This document shows positions 37,164-47,459 of a stretch of 64,000 nucleotides of DNA, piece by piece; the first letter of the stretch is position 1, and each line of letters opens with the position of its first letter. Source of the DNA: a bacterium. GTDB taxonomy: Bacteria; Bacteroidota; Ignavibacteria; Tepidaquicellales; Tepidaquicellaceae. The notes under the pieces are model-generated. The model searched no databases. It was not told the origin of the DNA and saw only the letters and a list, made by a program, of their open reading frames with translations. The stretch lies in NCBI GenBank assembly GCA_034439935.1, contig JAWXBH010000106.1:892-64891 (forward strand). Direction: 5' to 3'. The position numbers and the translations under genes are program-made.

Positions 37164-38351
37164 ATGAAGATCGGGATCGTATTACCTGAAGCACCCGGAT
37201 ATTCTGAAACATTTTTTAATTCCAAGATCAGAGGGCTGATCGAATCCGGATTTGAAGTCATTGTATTCAGCGGCAGCAGAGAGAGTGAGAAATATAATTT
37301 TGAGCATTCCGGTGCTTATCCTGTATATAAGGGTAAAAAATTAAAGCAATTATTACTGACTCTGTTTGTAGTTTCTTTCACATTTCTGAAACAACCAGGA
37401 AGAGTGATCAGACTTTATAAACTGGAAAGAAAATCAGACAGATCATTGAGCCAATCAATTAAATCAATTTATTTTAATTCACATATACTTCAAAGAAATA
37501 TTGACTGGCTGCATTTCGGATTTGCAACAATGTCGTTGAACCGGGAGAATGTCGCGAAGGCAATTGGTGCGAAAATGGGTGTAAGCTTCAGAGGTTATGA
37601 CATAAACATTTATCCCTTGAAAAATCCGGGATGCTATGAATTACTATGGAAGAATGTGGACAAAGTTCATTCAATCTCAAATTATCTTTATGAAAAGGCT
37701 TTAAGTTTAGGATTGCGGGATAATATTGGGAAAGAAATAATTTCACCTGCAATAGATTTTTCAGTATTTAAAGCAAAAGCTGATTTGGGTAAAATCAAAT
37801 TTCCATTGCAAATATTAACTGTCGGAAGATTAAACTGGATCAAGGATTATGAAACAGCCCTGTCGGCAATGAAAATTCTTAAAGAAAAAGAAGTAAATTT
37901 TACTTACAGCATCATAGGTGAAGGAAGTGAATTGGAAAGATTAAGGTTTGCTGTTTACCAGATGAAGCTTGAAAACAAAGTTCATTTTATGGGGAAGCTT
38001 GCACATAATGAGATCAACAGGAAAATGACAGAGTCGGATATTTATCTGCAGACAAGCATGCAGGAGGGGTTCTGTGTATCTGTGCTTGAAGCGCAGGCGA
38101 CAGGTTTGCTATGTGTTGTAAGCAACGCCGACGGTCTCAAGGAAAATGTTATAGATAATCAGACAGGTTTTATTGTTGAGAAAAGAAATCCCGGAAAGTT
38201 CGCTGATAAGATCATTGAGATAATGAAGATGACTGATGAGGAACGAATGCAAATTGCGATCAACGCACGGAACAGAGTGGAGCAGGATTTTAAAATTGAA
38301 GATCAAAAGATAAAGTTTAAAATTTTTTTTGGAGATCAGATTGACAGATAA
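37164..38351 (+). CDS. Family 4 glycosyltransferase
   Basis: QEGFCVSVLEAQATGLLCVVSNADGLKENV. Confidence 0.8.
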   Translation: MKIGIVLPEAPGYSETFFNSKIRGLIESGFEVIVFSGSRESEKYNFEHSGAYPVYKGKKLKQLLLTLFVVSFTFLKQPGRVIRLYKLERKSDRSLSQSIKSIYFNSHILQRNIDWLHFGFATMSLNRENVAKAIGAKMGVSFRGYDINIYPLKNPGCYELLWKNVDKVHSISNYLYEKALSLGLRDNIGKEIISPAIDFSVFKAKADLGKIKFPLQILTVGRLNWIKDYETALSAMKILKEKEVNFTYSIIGEGSELERLRFAVYQMKLENKVHFMGKLAHNEINRKMTESDIYLQTSMQEGFCVSVLEAQATGLLCVVSNADGLKENVIDNQTGFIVEKRNPGKFADKIIEIMKMTDEERMQIAINARNRVEQDFKIEDQKIKFKIFFGDQIDR

Positions 38352-39267
38352 ATATATTTCTATAGTAAGTCCTGTTTATAAAGCGGAAAAAATTGTAGAC
38401 GAGCTTGTAAAAAGAGTTACTGATGAAGTTTCAAAAATAACATCGCGCTTTGAGATCATCCTTGTGGAAGATTGCGGCGGCGACAACTCGTGGGAAAAGA
38501 TCCTGGGAAACTGTGCAAAAGACAGCAGAGTAAAAGGAATTAAACTGAGCCGTAACTTCGGTCAGCATTATGCCATTACCGCCGGATTAAGCGCTGCAAA
38601 AGGTGAAGTTATCATAATCATGGATTGTGACCTTCAGGATGATCCATCACACATAAAAAAACTGGTTGATGAATATGATAAAGATTACGATGTTGTTTTT
38701 ACGAAAAGGATCGGCAGGAAACATTCAATCTTCAAATCGATTACGGCTAAGATATATAACTCGCTGTTCAAATTATTCTCGGATAAGAATTACGACATCA
38801 ACGTCGGTTCTCTTACTTTAATAAGTTCGCGGGTTAAAGATGAATTCGTAAAATTAAAAGATCAGGACCGGCTTTATATACAGCTTATTAAATGGATCGG
38901 GTACAACTCTACTTACGTTTCGGTTGAGCACAGAGAAAGATTTGAAGGAAAGTCGACATATACTTTATCTCAGTTATTTGTAACAGCAATACAAGGCTGG
39001 ACTTCTTATTCCGATAAACTACTGCGAATGTCAATCTACAGCGGTTTGATAATTTCCATCATTTCACTTCTTGCCGGTATTTATGTAGTCATCACTTATT
39101 TTTTAAAAAGTTTTCAGTCCGGCTGGCCGAGTGTGATCGTAGCAATTTTATTCTCAACCGGACTAATCCTGATGAGCATAGGTATAGCGGGAATTTACAT
39201 TGGAAAAATATTTGAGCAAACTAAAGAGCGTCCATTATATATAATAGACAAGAAGATAAATTTATAA
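38329..39267 (+). CDS. GT2 polyprenyl-phosphate glycosyltransferase (GtrB/ArnC/Dpm1-like)
   Basis: ISIVSPVYKAE...ILVEDCGGDNS...SRNFGQHYAITAGL...IIMDCDLQDDP plus two C-terminal hydrophobic helices (LIISIISLLAGIYVVITYF, VIVAILFSTGLILMSIGIAGIYI). TTG start; TTG 38341 is an alternative. Confidence 0.75.
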   Translation: MEIRLTDKYISIVSPVYKAEKIVDELVKRVTDEVSKITSRFEIILVEDCGGDNSWEKILGNCAKDSRVKGIKLSRNFGQHYAITAGLSAAKGEVIIIMDCDLQDDPSHIKKLVDEYDKDYDVVFTKRIGRKHSIFKSITAKIYNSLFKLFSDKNYDINVGSLTLISSRVKDEFVKLKDQDRLYIQLIKWIGYNSTYVSVEHRERFEGKSTYTLSQLFVTAIQGWTSYSDKLLRMSIYSGLIISIISLLAGIYVVITYFLKSFQSGWPSVIVAILFSTGLILMSIGIAGIYIGKIFEQTKERPLYIIDKKINL

Positions 39268-39268
39268 A

Positions 39269-39961
39269 TTGAAGAAAGTAATTATCACACAGTCAAACTA
39301 TATTCCCTGGAAAGGATATTTTGATTCGATCAATATAGCTGATGAATTTATTCTATATGACGACATGCAGTATACAAAAAGAGACTGGAGAAACCGCAAT
39401 CAGATCAAAACCAAAGACGGAGTTAAGTGGCTTACAATACCGGTTGAAGTGAAGGGCAAGTATTTTCAGAAGATCAGCGAAACAAAGATCAGTGATAAGG
39501 GCTGGGGAAAAGAACACTGGGATTCAATTGTACATAACTACTCCAGGGCAAAATATTTTCAGGAATACAAAAGTTTCTTTGAAGAACTTTATCTTAAGAA
39601 TGAAGAAGAGTATCTGAGTAAAGTTAATTATAAATTTTTAAAAACCGTATGCGAGATACTTGGAATAAAAACCATAATGCGATGGTCTGATGAATTTACT
39701 TTGCTTGAGGAGAAAACAGAACGTCTGGTTGATATTTGTAAAACGACCGGAGCTACTGACTATTATTCAGGTCCGGCTGCACAAGCATATATGAATGTAG
39801 AATTATTTGAAAAAGAAAATATCCGCGTTCATTATTTTGACTATTCGGGATATCCTGTCTATGAACAGCTTCACGGAGAGTTTACGCATGCCGTAAGCAT
39901 AATTGATCTCATTTTTAATGAAGGACCAAATGCTCCAAAATTTATGAAAACATTTATTTAA
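39269..39961 (+). CDS. WbqC-family protein
   Basis: N-terminus KKVIITQSNYIPWKGYFD...YDDMQYTKRDWRNRNQIKT is characteristic of WbqC-like LPS proteins. TTG start. Confidence 0.7.
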   Translation: MKKVIITQSNYIPWKGYFDSINIADEFILYDDMQYTKRDWRNRNQIKTKDGVKWLTIPVEVKGKYFQKISETKISDKGWGKEHWDSIVHNYSRAKYFQEYKSFFEELYLKNEEEYLSKVNYKFLKTVCEILGIKTIMRWSDEFTLLEEKTERLVDICKTTGATDYYSGPAAQAYMNVELFEKENIRVHYFDYSGYPVYEQLHGEFTHAVSIIDLIFNEGPNAPKFMKTFI

Positions 39962-39962
39962 T

Positions 39963-40631
39963 ATGAAAATTAAAAAAGTTGTAATCATCGGCAACACATC
40001 TAATGCACGGCTTGCAAAGTATTTTTTCACAATTGATTCAGAGTATGATGTGACGGGATTTTCTGTTGGTGAAAAATACATTACATCTCCTGATTTTGAA
40101 GATCTTCCTGTCATTCCTTTTGAAGAGATCGTTTCACATTTCCCGCCGGCTGAATATGAAGCCTTTGTCGCTATTGGCTATTCAGATATGAATAAAGTGA
40201 GAGAGAAGCTTTATAATGACTGCAAAGCCAAAGGTTATAAGATGGCAAGTTACATAAGTACACATTGTTCATATCTCTCGCAATTTCCTGCCGGTGATAA
40301 TTGCTTCATACTTGAAGACAATACAATTCAGCCATTTGTAAAGATCGGAAACAATGTAGTGCTATGGAGCGGAAATCATATTGGTCATGATGTAACAATT
40401 GAAGATCACAATTTTATAACTTCACATGTAGTTGTTTCGGGATTTGTTACAATAAAGAGAAATTGTTTCATTGGTGTCAACGCGACCATCCGTGACGCAA
40501 TTACAATCGCGCCTGAAACGCTCATAGCCGCAGGTGCTGTGATAATGAAGGATACTGTCGAGAAGGGTGTATATATGCCTCCGCGTTCGGTGCTGTTCGA
40601 TAAAAAAAGTGATGAGATAAAAATTTCCTGA
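39963..40631 (+). CDS. NeuD/PglD-family hexapeptide sugar N/O-acetyltransferase
   Basis: N-terminal Rossmann-like VVIIGNTSNA, then left-handed beta-helix repeats (IGNNVVLWSGNHIGHDVTIEDHNFITSHVVVSGFVTI). Confidence 0.75.
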   Translation: MKIKKVVIIGNTSNARLAKYFFTIDSEYDVTGFSVGEKYITSPDFEDLPVIPFEEIVSHFPPAEYEAFVAIGYSDMNKVREKLYNDCKAKGYKMASYISTHCSYLSQFPAGDNCFILEDNTIQPFVKIGNNVVLWSGNHIGHDVTIEDHNFITSHVVVSGFVTIKRNCFIGVNATIRDAITIAPETLIAAGAVIMKDTVEKGVYMPPRSVLFDKKSDEIKIS

Positions 40632-41557
40632 TGCAGAACTGGAAAAAACTTGGATTAATATTTTCACCTTCAGGTGAATACGAATGGATGCAGACGCATG
40701 CAATGATGCCTGTATTTGACATGACTGATGAAGAGAATGCTAGAATATATTTTTCAGCGAGAGATATGAAAGGAAGATCACAGGGCGCATACATAGAGAT
40801 TAATCTCAACGATCCGCTAAAGGTAAAAAAAATTTCCGGAGAGCCCGTTCTGAAACTTGGACAGCTTGGTGCATTTGATGATTCGGGGATCATGCCTGCG
40901 TGTCTTGTAAATTCCGGAAATAAAAAATATTTGTATTACAATGGATGGACGCTTGGAAAGAACGTCCCGTTTTTTTCCTTTAACGGTGTCGCAATAAGCA
41001 AGGACGGAGGAAATAATTTTGAAAAAATCTCGAGGGGTCCATCGGTATTGTATTCCAATGATGTCGACCCCTACTCGACATTTGCACCCAGTGTAATGAT
41101 AGATGAAGGTATATGGAAAATATGGTATGTGTCACTGATAAAGTGGGTCGAGACGGATGGCAAATTGATTCATTACTATAATATCCGTTATGCAGAATCT
41201 TCCGACGGAATTAATTTTAAGCGTGAAGGAAAAGTATGCATAGATTTCGCAAATGAATTTGAATACGCGATAGCAAGACCTTTTGTGATAAAGGAAAGCG
41301 GCATCTTTAAAATGTGGTATTCATTTCGTGAAAGCGAAAATATTAAGACTTACCGCATCGGTTATGCCGAGTCGGAAAATGGAGTCGAGTGGATCAGGAA
41401 AGATAATGAAGTAGGTCTTGATGTTTCTGATGACGGCTGGGATAGTGAGATGATAGAGTATGCTTATATTTATGATTTCAAAGGAAAAAGATACATGCTG
41501 TATAATGGCAACAGCTTCGGCAAAACCGGTGTTGGGCTTGCCGTTATAGAGAATTAG
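40631..41557 (+). CDS. Beta-propeller glycoside-hydrolase/phosphorylase-like protein (GH43/GH130-like)
   Basis: 308 aa with repeated ...YY.G... / W..WY blade-like segments (YLYYNGW, IWKIWYVS, FKMWYSF, YMLYNGN). Tentative fold call. Confidence 0.35.
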   Translation: MQNWKKLGLIFSPSGEYEWMQTHAMMPVFDMTDEENARIYFSARDMKGRSQGAYIEINLNDPLKVKKISGEPVLKLGQLGAFDDSGIMPACLVNSGNKKYLYYNGWTLGKNVPFFSFNGVAISKDGGNNFEKISRGPSVLYSNDVDPYSTFAPSVMIDEGIWKIWYVSLIKWVETDGKLIHYYNIRYAESSDGINFKREGKVCIDFANEFEYAIARPFVIKESGIFKMWYSFRESENIKTYRIGYAESENGVEWIRKDNEVGLDVSDDGWDSEMIEYAYIYDFKGKRYMLYNGNSFGKTGVGLAVIEN

Positions 41558-41594
41558 GATAAATTTATTTTAAATTAAATATAAAATTCAGTAT

Positions 41595-42743
41595 TTGGAA
41601 AAGCGTCATATAGGATTTAACAAACCATATCTTACGGGAAAGGAAACTGATTACATTTTAGAATCAGTGAAGAGCAGAAAAATTTCAGGGGACGGAATGT
41701 TCACAAAGAAGTGTCATGAATTTTTTGAGAAAAGGTTTGGCTTTAAAAAAGTATTGCTGACTACTTCATGTACAGATGCTCTTGAAATGGCGGCAATTCT
41801 AATTGATACAAAGGAGGGAGACGAAATAATTGCACCTGCTTATACTTTCGTTTCTTCTGCCAATGCATTTGTACTGCGCGGCGCAAAGATAATTTTCTGC
41901 GATAGTGAGGATGATACACCTAACATCGACATAAATAAAATTGAAAAATTAGTTACTCCGAAGACTAAAGCTGTTATAGTAGTTCACTATGCCGGTATGG
42001 CAGTGGATATGGACCCGCTTCTTGCACTTGCCGAGAAGCATAATTTTTATGTGATCGAAGATGCGGCACACTCCATTGATTCATATTATAAGGACAGACC
42101 GCTTGGTTCAATCGGTCATCTTGCAGCATTTTCTTTTCACGAAACTAAGAATGTGATCTCCGGCGAAGGAGGTATGCTTGCTATAAATGATGAAAGATTT
42201 GCAAAGCGTGCCGAGATAATACGTGAGAAAGGAACTAACCGTTCTGCTTTTTTCAGAGGTGAAGTTGACAGGTACGGCTGGGTGGACATTGGTTCATCGT
42301 TTCTTCCTTCCGACATTATTGCTGCTTTTCTTTATGCACAGCTTGAGAATCTGGACGACATTCAGAGAAGAAGAAAGGAGATCTGGGATTATTATTATGA
42401 AAATTTAGGAACACTTGCCGGTGAGGGATACTTTAAATTTCCTTCAATCCCGGATTACGCAACTAATAACGCTCACATGTTTTATATTCTCTGCCGTACC
42501 GGTGAAGAGAGAAGCAGACTGATCGATTATTTAAAATCATATTCTATTAATGCAGTGTTCCATTATCTTTCACTGAACAGCAGCAGCTATTATAAAGACA
42601 AGTGTGAAGCAGTTGAAATGAAAAATTCAGATTATTATACTGATCATTTGTTAAGACTTCCTATGTATTACGAACTCTCAAAAGATGATCTTGATTACAT
42701 CATTTATCACATCAAAGAATTCTATTCAAAGTTAAATGGATAA
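41595..42743 (+). CDS. wecE: dTDP-4-amino-4,6-dideoxygalactose (Fuc4N) transaminase-like
   Basis: Long collinear similarity to my recollection of E. coli WecE: SGDG.FT..C...E..FG..KVLLT.SCT.ALEMAA, YTFVS.ANAFVLRGAKI.F, VHYAG, FSFHETKN...GEGG, IREKGTNRS.FFRG.VD.Y.W.DIGSS, NAHMFY. TTG start. Confidence 0.85.
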   Translation: MEKRHIGFNKPYLTGKETDYILESVKSRKISGDGMFTKKCHEFFEKRFGFKKVLLTTSCTDALEMAAILIDTKEGDEIIAPAYTFVSSANAFVLRGAKIIFCDSEDDTPNIDINKIEKLVTPKTKAVIVVHYAGMAVDMDPLLALAEKHNFYVIEDAAHSIDSYYKDRPLGSIGHLAAFSFHETKNVISGEGGMLAINDERFAKRAEIIREKGTNRSAFFRGEVDRYGWVDIGSSFLPSDIIAAFLYAQLENLDDIQRRRKEIWDYYYENLGTLAGEGYFKFPSIPDYATNNAHMFYILCRTGEERSRLIDYLKSYSINAVFHYLSLNSSSYYKDKCEAVEMKNSDYYTDHLLRLPMYYELSKDDLDYIIYHIKEFYSKLNG

Positions 42744-44178
42744 ACTACTCCGCTTATATAATTCAACCGGAAGGTGGGGAAACATCATTATTCTGGTTCT
42801 GCTTATTGTATTCGGATTGATTAACCGTTTATTTGTAGTAGTAAAGCACAGATACGCTGATTACATAATTGAAGCTGTGCTGATCCTGATAGCAGCGTTC
42901 ATCGTTTATAAAATTTATAAAAAAAACATTTTTGAAATTACGCGCAACAAGATTTTTAAAACGCTATTGCTTGTCGGAATAGTTTTACGGATTGTATTTG
43001 CGATACATGATATTAATAACAGACCAGTTCAGGATAGTGATTACGAAAAGCATGAGCGGCTTGGCAAGAGGCTTGCTTTCGAAGGAAAGTATTACGACTT
43101 CACGGGAGTTGAGCTGCGTAACTTCAGGCAGCCCGGACTTCCGGCTATGTTCGCTGTCGGACTTCTTATCTTAAACCATCCTGTTACTTTTGCTATTATT
43201 ATGATCCTGTTCTCATTCGGAGTTTTGCTATCGGGATTTTATTTGTTCAGAGATTTGGGAAACATAGCTGCTTTGATATCCTTTGCATACATCGCGATCT
43301 CGCCCAACATGCTATTCATGGCGTCCAATTCAAATACGCAGTTGTCATTCTTCTTTTTTCTGATACTGCTCTTTATCATGCTTAAAAATTACTCAGGTAA
43401 GCCATATCAGCTGATCTTAATTGGTGTAATTCTTGCAGCGGAAATGTATATACGTTTTAATTTTTTCCTGATCTTTTTGCTGATACCATTCATAATTGAA
43501 AAACATAAAGACAAGAATCTGGTTTTTGCATTTTCAAAATTAGGATACATATACTTAACCTGTCTTATTCTTTATTCGCCATGGATCTACAGAAATTATA
43601 TGATATACGGAAAGCTCAGGCTGATGCCTACTACCGGACCCGGGATATACAGTTCAAACGTTACTACTGATTATACCAGAGCAGGCGGATATAACGGTGT
43701 GCCTGATTCATTATTAACAAAATACGGTAAGTTGTCTGAAGTTGATTTTGACAGAGCGCTGAATAATGATGCAATGACTTTTGTGAAGGAACATCCGGAC
43801 ATTTATATAAAAGGAATTCCTTTCAGACTATTGAAATACGCAAGCAGACAGGACTGGACGATCAATTATTTTTTTGAATTTACAAAATACCCTAATGCCG
43901 GGATCATAGAATCATTCTTTCAAAGCATAGAAAATTTTTTCTTCTGGATAATCATTTTTTATCCGTTAATTTTTTTATACAGAAATAAAAATCTCGGTCC
44001 GTTTTCAACATATATACTTTGGGCTTATCTGATATATTCGATGGTTTTAATTCCAATCTCGGAATCGCGTTCGAGGTACAATTTCCCGTATATACTTTTT
44101 CCGGTATTCGCGGTTGCCTTATCACAAAGGAAAAAATATACAGATCCGGTCGTAAGTAATAACGAAAAATTAATTTAA
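42736..44178 (+). CDS. GT-C-fold membrane glycosyltransferase (ArnT/PMT_2-like)
   Basis: 480 aa with about 10 or more hydrophobic helices. The first-loop acidic motif QDSDYEKHERLG...RQPGLPAMF resembles the D(D/E)xY...R.PxxP loop of ArnT/PMT-type enzymes. Confidence 0.55.
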   Translation: MDKLLRLYNSTGRWGNIIILVLLIVFGLINRLFVVVKHRYADYIIEAVLILIAAFIVYKIYKKNIFEITRNKIFKTLLLVGIVLRIVFAIHDINNRPVQDSDYEKHERLGKRLAFEGKYYDFTGVELRNFRQPGLPAMFAVGLLILNHPVTFAIIMILFSFGVLLSGFYLFRDLGNIAALISFAYIAISPNMLFMASNSNTQLSFFFFLILLFIMLKNYSGKPYQLILIGVILAAEMYIRFNFFLIFLLIPFIIEKHKDKNLVFAFSKLGYIYLTCLILYSPWIYRNYMIYGKLRLMPTTGPGIYSSNVTTDYTRAGGYNGVPDSLLTKYGKLSEVDFDRALNNDAMTFVKEHPDIYIKGIPFRLLKYASRQDWTINYFFEFTKYPNAGIIESFFQSIENFFFWIIIFYPLIFLYRNKNLGPFSTYILWAYLIYSMVLIPISESRSRYNFPYILFPVFAVALSQRKKYTDPVVSNNEKLI

Positions 44179-44182
44179 CTGA

Positions 44183-45052
44183 ATGCCCGGAAAATTACTG
44201 ATGATATGGGATTATGATTCCGCACTTGGTCAGATTAATTCACAGCTTCCTTACAATTTTACGTTTGCACCGATCCATCGAGAGATTGAAAATGTTGAAT
44301 ACATTTTAAAAACTGCAAAGGACTCAGATATCAATATGACATTCGCGTGTATAGGATTTGCTGCAGAAGCCGGAGATCCTCCGTTCAATATTCCTGAGCA
44401 GATAAAGAGAATTTTTAATCAAGGTCATGAGATAGCGTCACATTCATGGAAGCATGAATGGTTTCCATATCTTACCGAATCTCAGATCTTTAAGTCACTT
44501 GAGCGTAGCAAGCTTTCGCTTGAAAATTGCACCGGTGCTTCAGGATCTGTGTGTGGATTTGTGCCTCCTCACAGCAGACCGATGAGCTGGTATAAAAAAT
44601 TTGCATTTAGTCTTGGAGACCGCGCATTTTATCCCTTTCATAAAGGAGGTGATCTGGGATTTGTACTGAAGCAGCTTTCATTGACAAATTACACCTGGTG
44701 CAGAGTTTTAAAATCATATAAGCCGGTTTGGGAAAAGTTTTCCAACAGTAATTCCTCCGATTACTCAATTAGTGAATGGGAAGTTCATGATAATATTGTA
44801 TGTGTACCACAGCATCATACGGGCTTTGATGAACCCGCATTAAAATATCTGCACCTGGCTATGGAAAAAAATGAAGTTGCGGTAATTGTAGGACATCCCG
44901 CGGCATTAAGCAGAAGCGGATCGGAAAGTCTGGAACATTACAATAATTTTATAAAGGAAATTAATAAATATAAATCCGAAGGTGTACTTGAAACCCTCAC
45001 AGTCCGCGATTATCTGAGTAAATATTTTAGAAAAGGAGAGAAAAAAAATTAG
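44183..45052 (+). CDS. Polysaccharide deacetylase (CE4/NodB-like)
   Basis: GHEIASHSWKHEW His motif, GFVPPH (motif 3-like), IVGHPAAL. Confidence 0.65.
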   Translation: MPGKLLMIWDYDSALGQINSQLPYNFTFAPIHREIENVEYILKTAKDSDINMTFACIGFAAEAGDPPFNIPEQIKRIFNQGHEIASHSWKHEWFPYLTESQIFKSLERSKLSLENCTGASGSVCGFVPPHSRPMSWYKKFAFSLGDRAFYPFHKGGDLGFVLKQLSLTNYTWCRVLKSYKPVWEKFSNSNSSDYSISEWEVHDNIVCVPQHHTGFDEPALKYLHLAMEKNEVAVIVGHPAALSRSGSESLEHYNNFIKEINKYKSEGVLETLTVRDYLSKYFRKGEKKN

Positions 45053-45059
45053 CATAAAA

Positions 45060-46058
45060 GTGATACCGTATTCGGATGAGTATGTAAAGGCGCATGAAGA
45101 GTTTGCTTTAAAGGCGTGGCCTGAAAAGAGAAGACGGCGTGTTGAGAAATTTATCAGATGGAAATTCAGAGGTCCTGAGCATGGTGATGTTGATGGTTTG
45201 CTGATAGCAGTCGATGATGGAAAAGTATTAGGACAGGTGGGAATAATTCCGGTGAAGATAAAAAGCTCCGGTAAAGTTTATGATGCCAACTGGGTGTGCG
45301 ATATAATGGTTTTAAAAGAGTCACGAAAACTTGGGATAGCTAAGAAAATTTTTGAGGAAATTTTAAAGAGTGATAATGTAATACTTGGCAATAATCCCAG
45401 TCCCGGTGCTGAAGTTGTAATGCATAACGCGGGATTCAGGCAATTAAAAAGCGGGAGGTCGATGATATTGCCTTTAAACTCAGAACACATTTTAAATTGG
45501 GTGGTGCCCGGTAAATTCAAGTTTGCAGTCCCGCTTATGAAAAAAATCGTTCAGCCGTATTTTTCCCTGAAAAAAAAGAAGATCGAAAAAATTAATCATG
45601 ACTATAAAAAATGTGAGTGGGAAGATATCGCTGCATATATAAATCTGCGGCAGGAAAAAACAGGTTACTCATATACTGTCCATGACGAGGATTTTCTGAA
45701 GTGGAGAGCAACGGGTCTTGAAGGATTTTCAGCAAGGATGAAGGCAGGAAAGACACAGGGCAAAAAATATATTCTCTATTCACTCGCTAACCCTTATATG
45801 AATATATGTGAATGGAATTGCGACAGCATTGAAGAGGCAAGAATGATGGCGGCATTTGCAATCAGCGAAGCTTTCGAGAATAAGAGTGAATTGGTACATG
45901 TCATTGCGAACAATGATAATGAGGAGAAGTGGCTGAGCAGTATTGGTTTTATCAGAGCGAGGAACATTGAGAAAATTATTCATTACTCAAAGGATAAGGT
46001 TCTTGAAAAAGAAGAAAAATTTTATTTTACTCTTTATGATACTGACCTTAGTTTGTAA
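45060..46058 (+). CDS. GNAT-family acetyltransferase
   Basis: LGQVGIIPV...MVLKESRKLGIAKKIFEEIL (motif A-like). 332 aa with a C-terminal extension; GTG start. Confidence 0.5.
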   Translation: MIPYSDEYVKAHEEFALKAWPEKRRRRVEKFIRWKFRGPEHGDVDGLLIAVDDGKVLGQVGIIPVKIKSSGKVYDANWVCDIMVLKESRKLGIAKKIFEEILKSDNVILGNNPSPGAEVVMHNAGFRQLKSGRSMILPLNSEHILNWVVPGKFKFAVPLMKKIVQPYFSLKKKKIEKINHDYKKCEWEDIAAYINLRQEKTGYSYTVHDEDFLKWRATGLEGFSARMKAGKTQGKKYILYSLANPYMNICEWNCDSIEEARMMAAFAISEAFENKSELVHVIANNDNEEKWLSSIGFIRARNIEKIIHYSKDKVLEKEEKFYFTLYDTDLSL

Positions 46059-46088
46059 GCATGTTTTTTTTGTAATCAGAAAATTGAT

Positions 46089-47459
46089 TTGAAAGTACTT
46101 AAGAGTTTTACAATCCTCAAATATCTTAATCCGGCGGGATACTTCAATCTGTATCCTGAAAATGCAAATTCATTTTCCACATGGTATTATAATTCATCTG
46201 TATTAAAGCTTCCTGCAGAGACTTTAGATCTGATAAAAGAAGATCTGAGGTATTCGTCCAAAGCCGCAACTGAACTCGATATGGGATATCAGGCATGGAA
46301 TAAAGGCGCAATGCTTTTTGCCGCGAATGTTCCTTATGATAAATTAATTCATAAAGAAAAACTTACATTGACTGATAATTACATTTTTATCAGAAAATAT
46401 TATAAGTGGCATCGTGTCTACTATTTTTTTTTGAAAAACATTTTTTCATTTCATAATCCCTTCGCAGAATTAAACGCATTTCTCAAGACTAAGAAGGTAA
46501 AAAAAGTGGATCTGATAAATCCTCATTGTGAATATCCTTCTTATAAAAATTTTAAGTCTGAGTTGGTATCCAAAAACCCTAAAGTAAGTGTCATCATTCC
46601 TACACTGAACAGATATGAGTATCTCAAAGATGTTCTTGAAGATCTTCAAAAACAGGATTACAAAAATTTTGAAACAATAATAGTTGATCAGACAGATGAG
46701 CCGGATAAAGATTTTTATAAAAAATTTGATCTTGAGATAAGTGTGATCTTTCAGGAAGGCAAGGGACAATGGCTCGCACGAAATGAAGCTATTAGAAAAG
46801 CTGACGGTGAATATTTACTTTTTTTTGATGATGACTCAAGAGTGGATCCGGACTGGATAACACAGCATTTAAAAGGAATGGATTTTTTCAAAGCTGATGT
46901 AACTGCAGGGGTTTCTTTGTCCACAGTGGGTGATACCGTTCCGGCAAATTACAGCTTCTTCCGATGGGCGGATCAGTTTGATTCGGGTAACGCGTTGGTT
47001 AAGAGAAATGTTTTTGAAAAAATAGGAATGTTTGACAGACAGTTTGATAAGCAGAGAATGGGAGACGGCGAGTTCGGATTGAGATCATATCTTTCCGGAT
47101 TTAAAAGCATATCACATCCTTATGCAAAAAGAATACATCTCAAGATAGGAACGGGGGGACTGAGGCAGATGGGATCATGGGATGCTTTCCGTCCGAAAAA
47201 GTTTTTTTCGCCGCGCCCGTTGCCGAGTGTGCTTTATTTATACAGAAAATATTTTCCTAAAGATTACGTCACAAATGCTTTGTTAATAGGAATGCTGCCA
47301 TCACTGATACCTTATAAATGGAAAGGAAAAAAATTCTTATATCCTTTGGGATCTTTGCTGGCAATATTTATTTTACCGGTATTAATTTTGCAGCTAAGCA
47401 TCTCGTGGAGAAGATCGACGCTTATGCTTAATGAAGGAGATAAGATTGAGTGGTTATAA
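46089..47459 (+). CDS. Family 2 glycosyltransferase with N-terminal extension
   Basis: VSVIIPTLNRYEYLKDVLEDLQKQDYKNFETIIVDQTDE...LFFDDDS. TTG start. Confidence 0.75.
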   Translation: MKVLKSFTILKYLNPAGYFNLYPENANSFSTWYYNSSVLKLPAETLDLIKEDLRYSSKAATELDMGYQAWNKGAMLFAANVPYDKLIHKEKLTLTDNYIFIRKYYKWHRVYYFFLKNIFSFHNPFAELNAFLKTKKVKKVDLINPHCEYPSYKNFKSELVSKNPKVSVIIPTLNRYEYLKDVLEDLQKQDYKNFETIIVDQTDEPDKDFYKKFDLEISVIFQEGKGQWLARNEAIRKADGEYLLFFDDDSRVDPDWITQHLKGMDFFKADVTAGVSLSTVGDTVPANYSFFRWADQFDSGNALVKRNVFEKIGMFDRQFDKQRMGDGEFGLRSYLSGFKSISHPYAKRIHLKIGTGGLRQMGSWDAFRPKKFFSPRPLPSVLYLYRKYFPKDYVTNALLIGMLPSLIPYKWKGKKFLYPLGSLLAIFILPVLILQLSISWRRSTLMLNEGDKIEWL

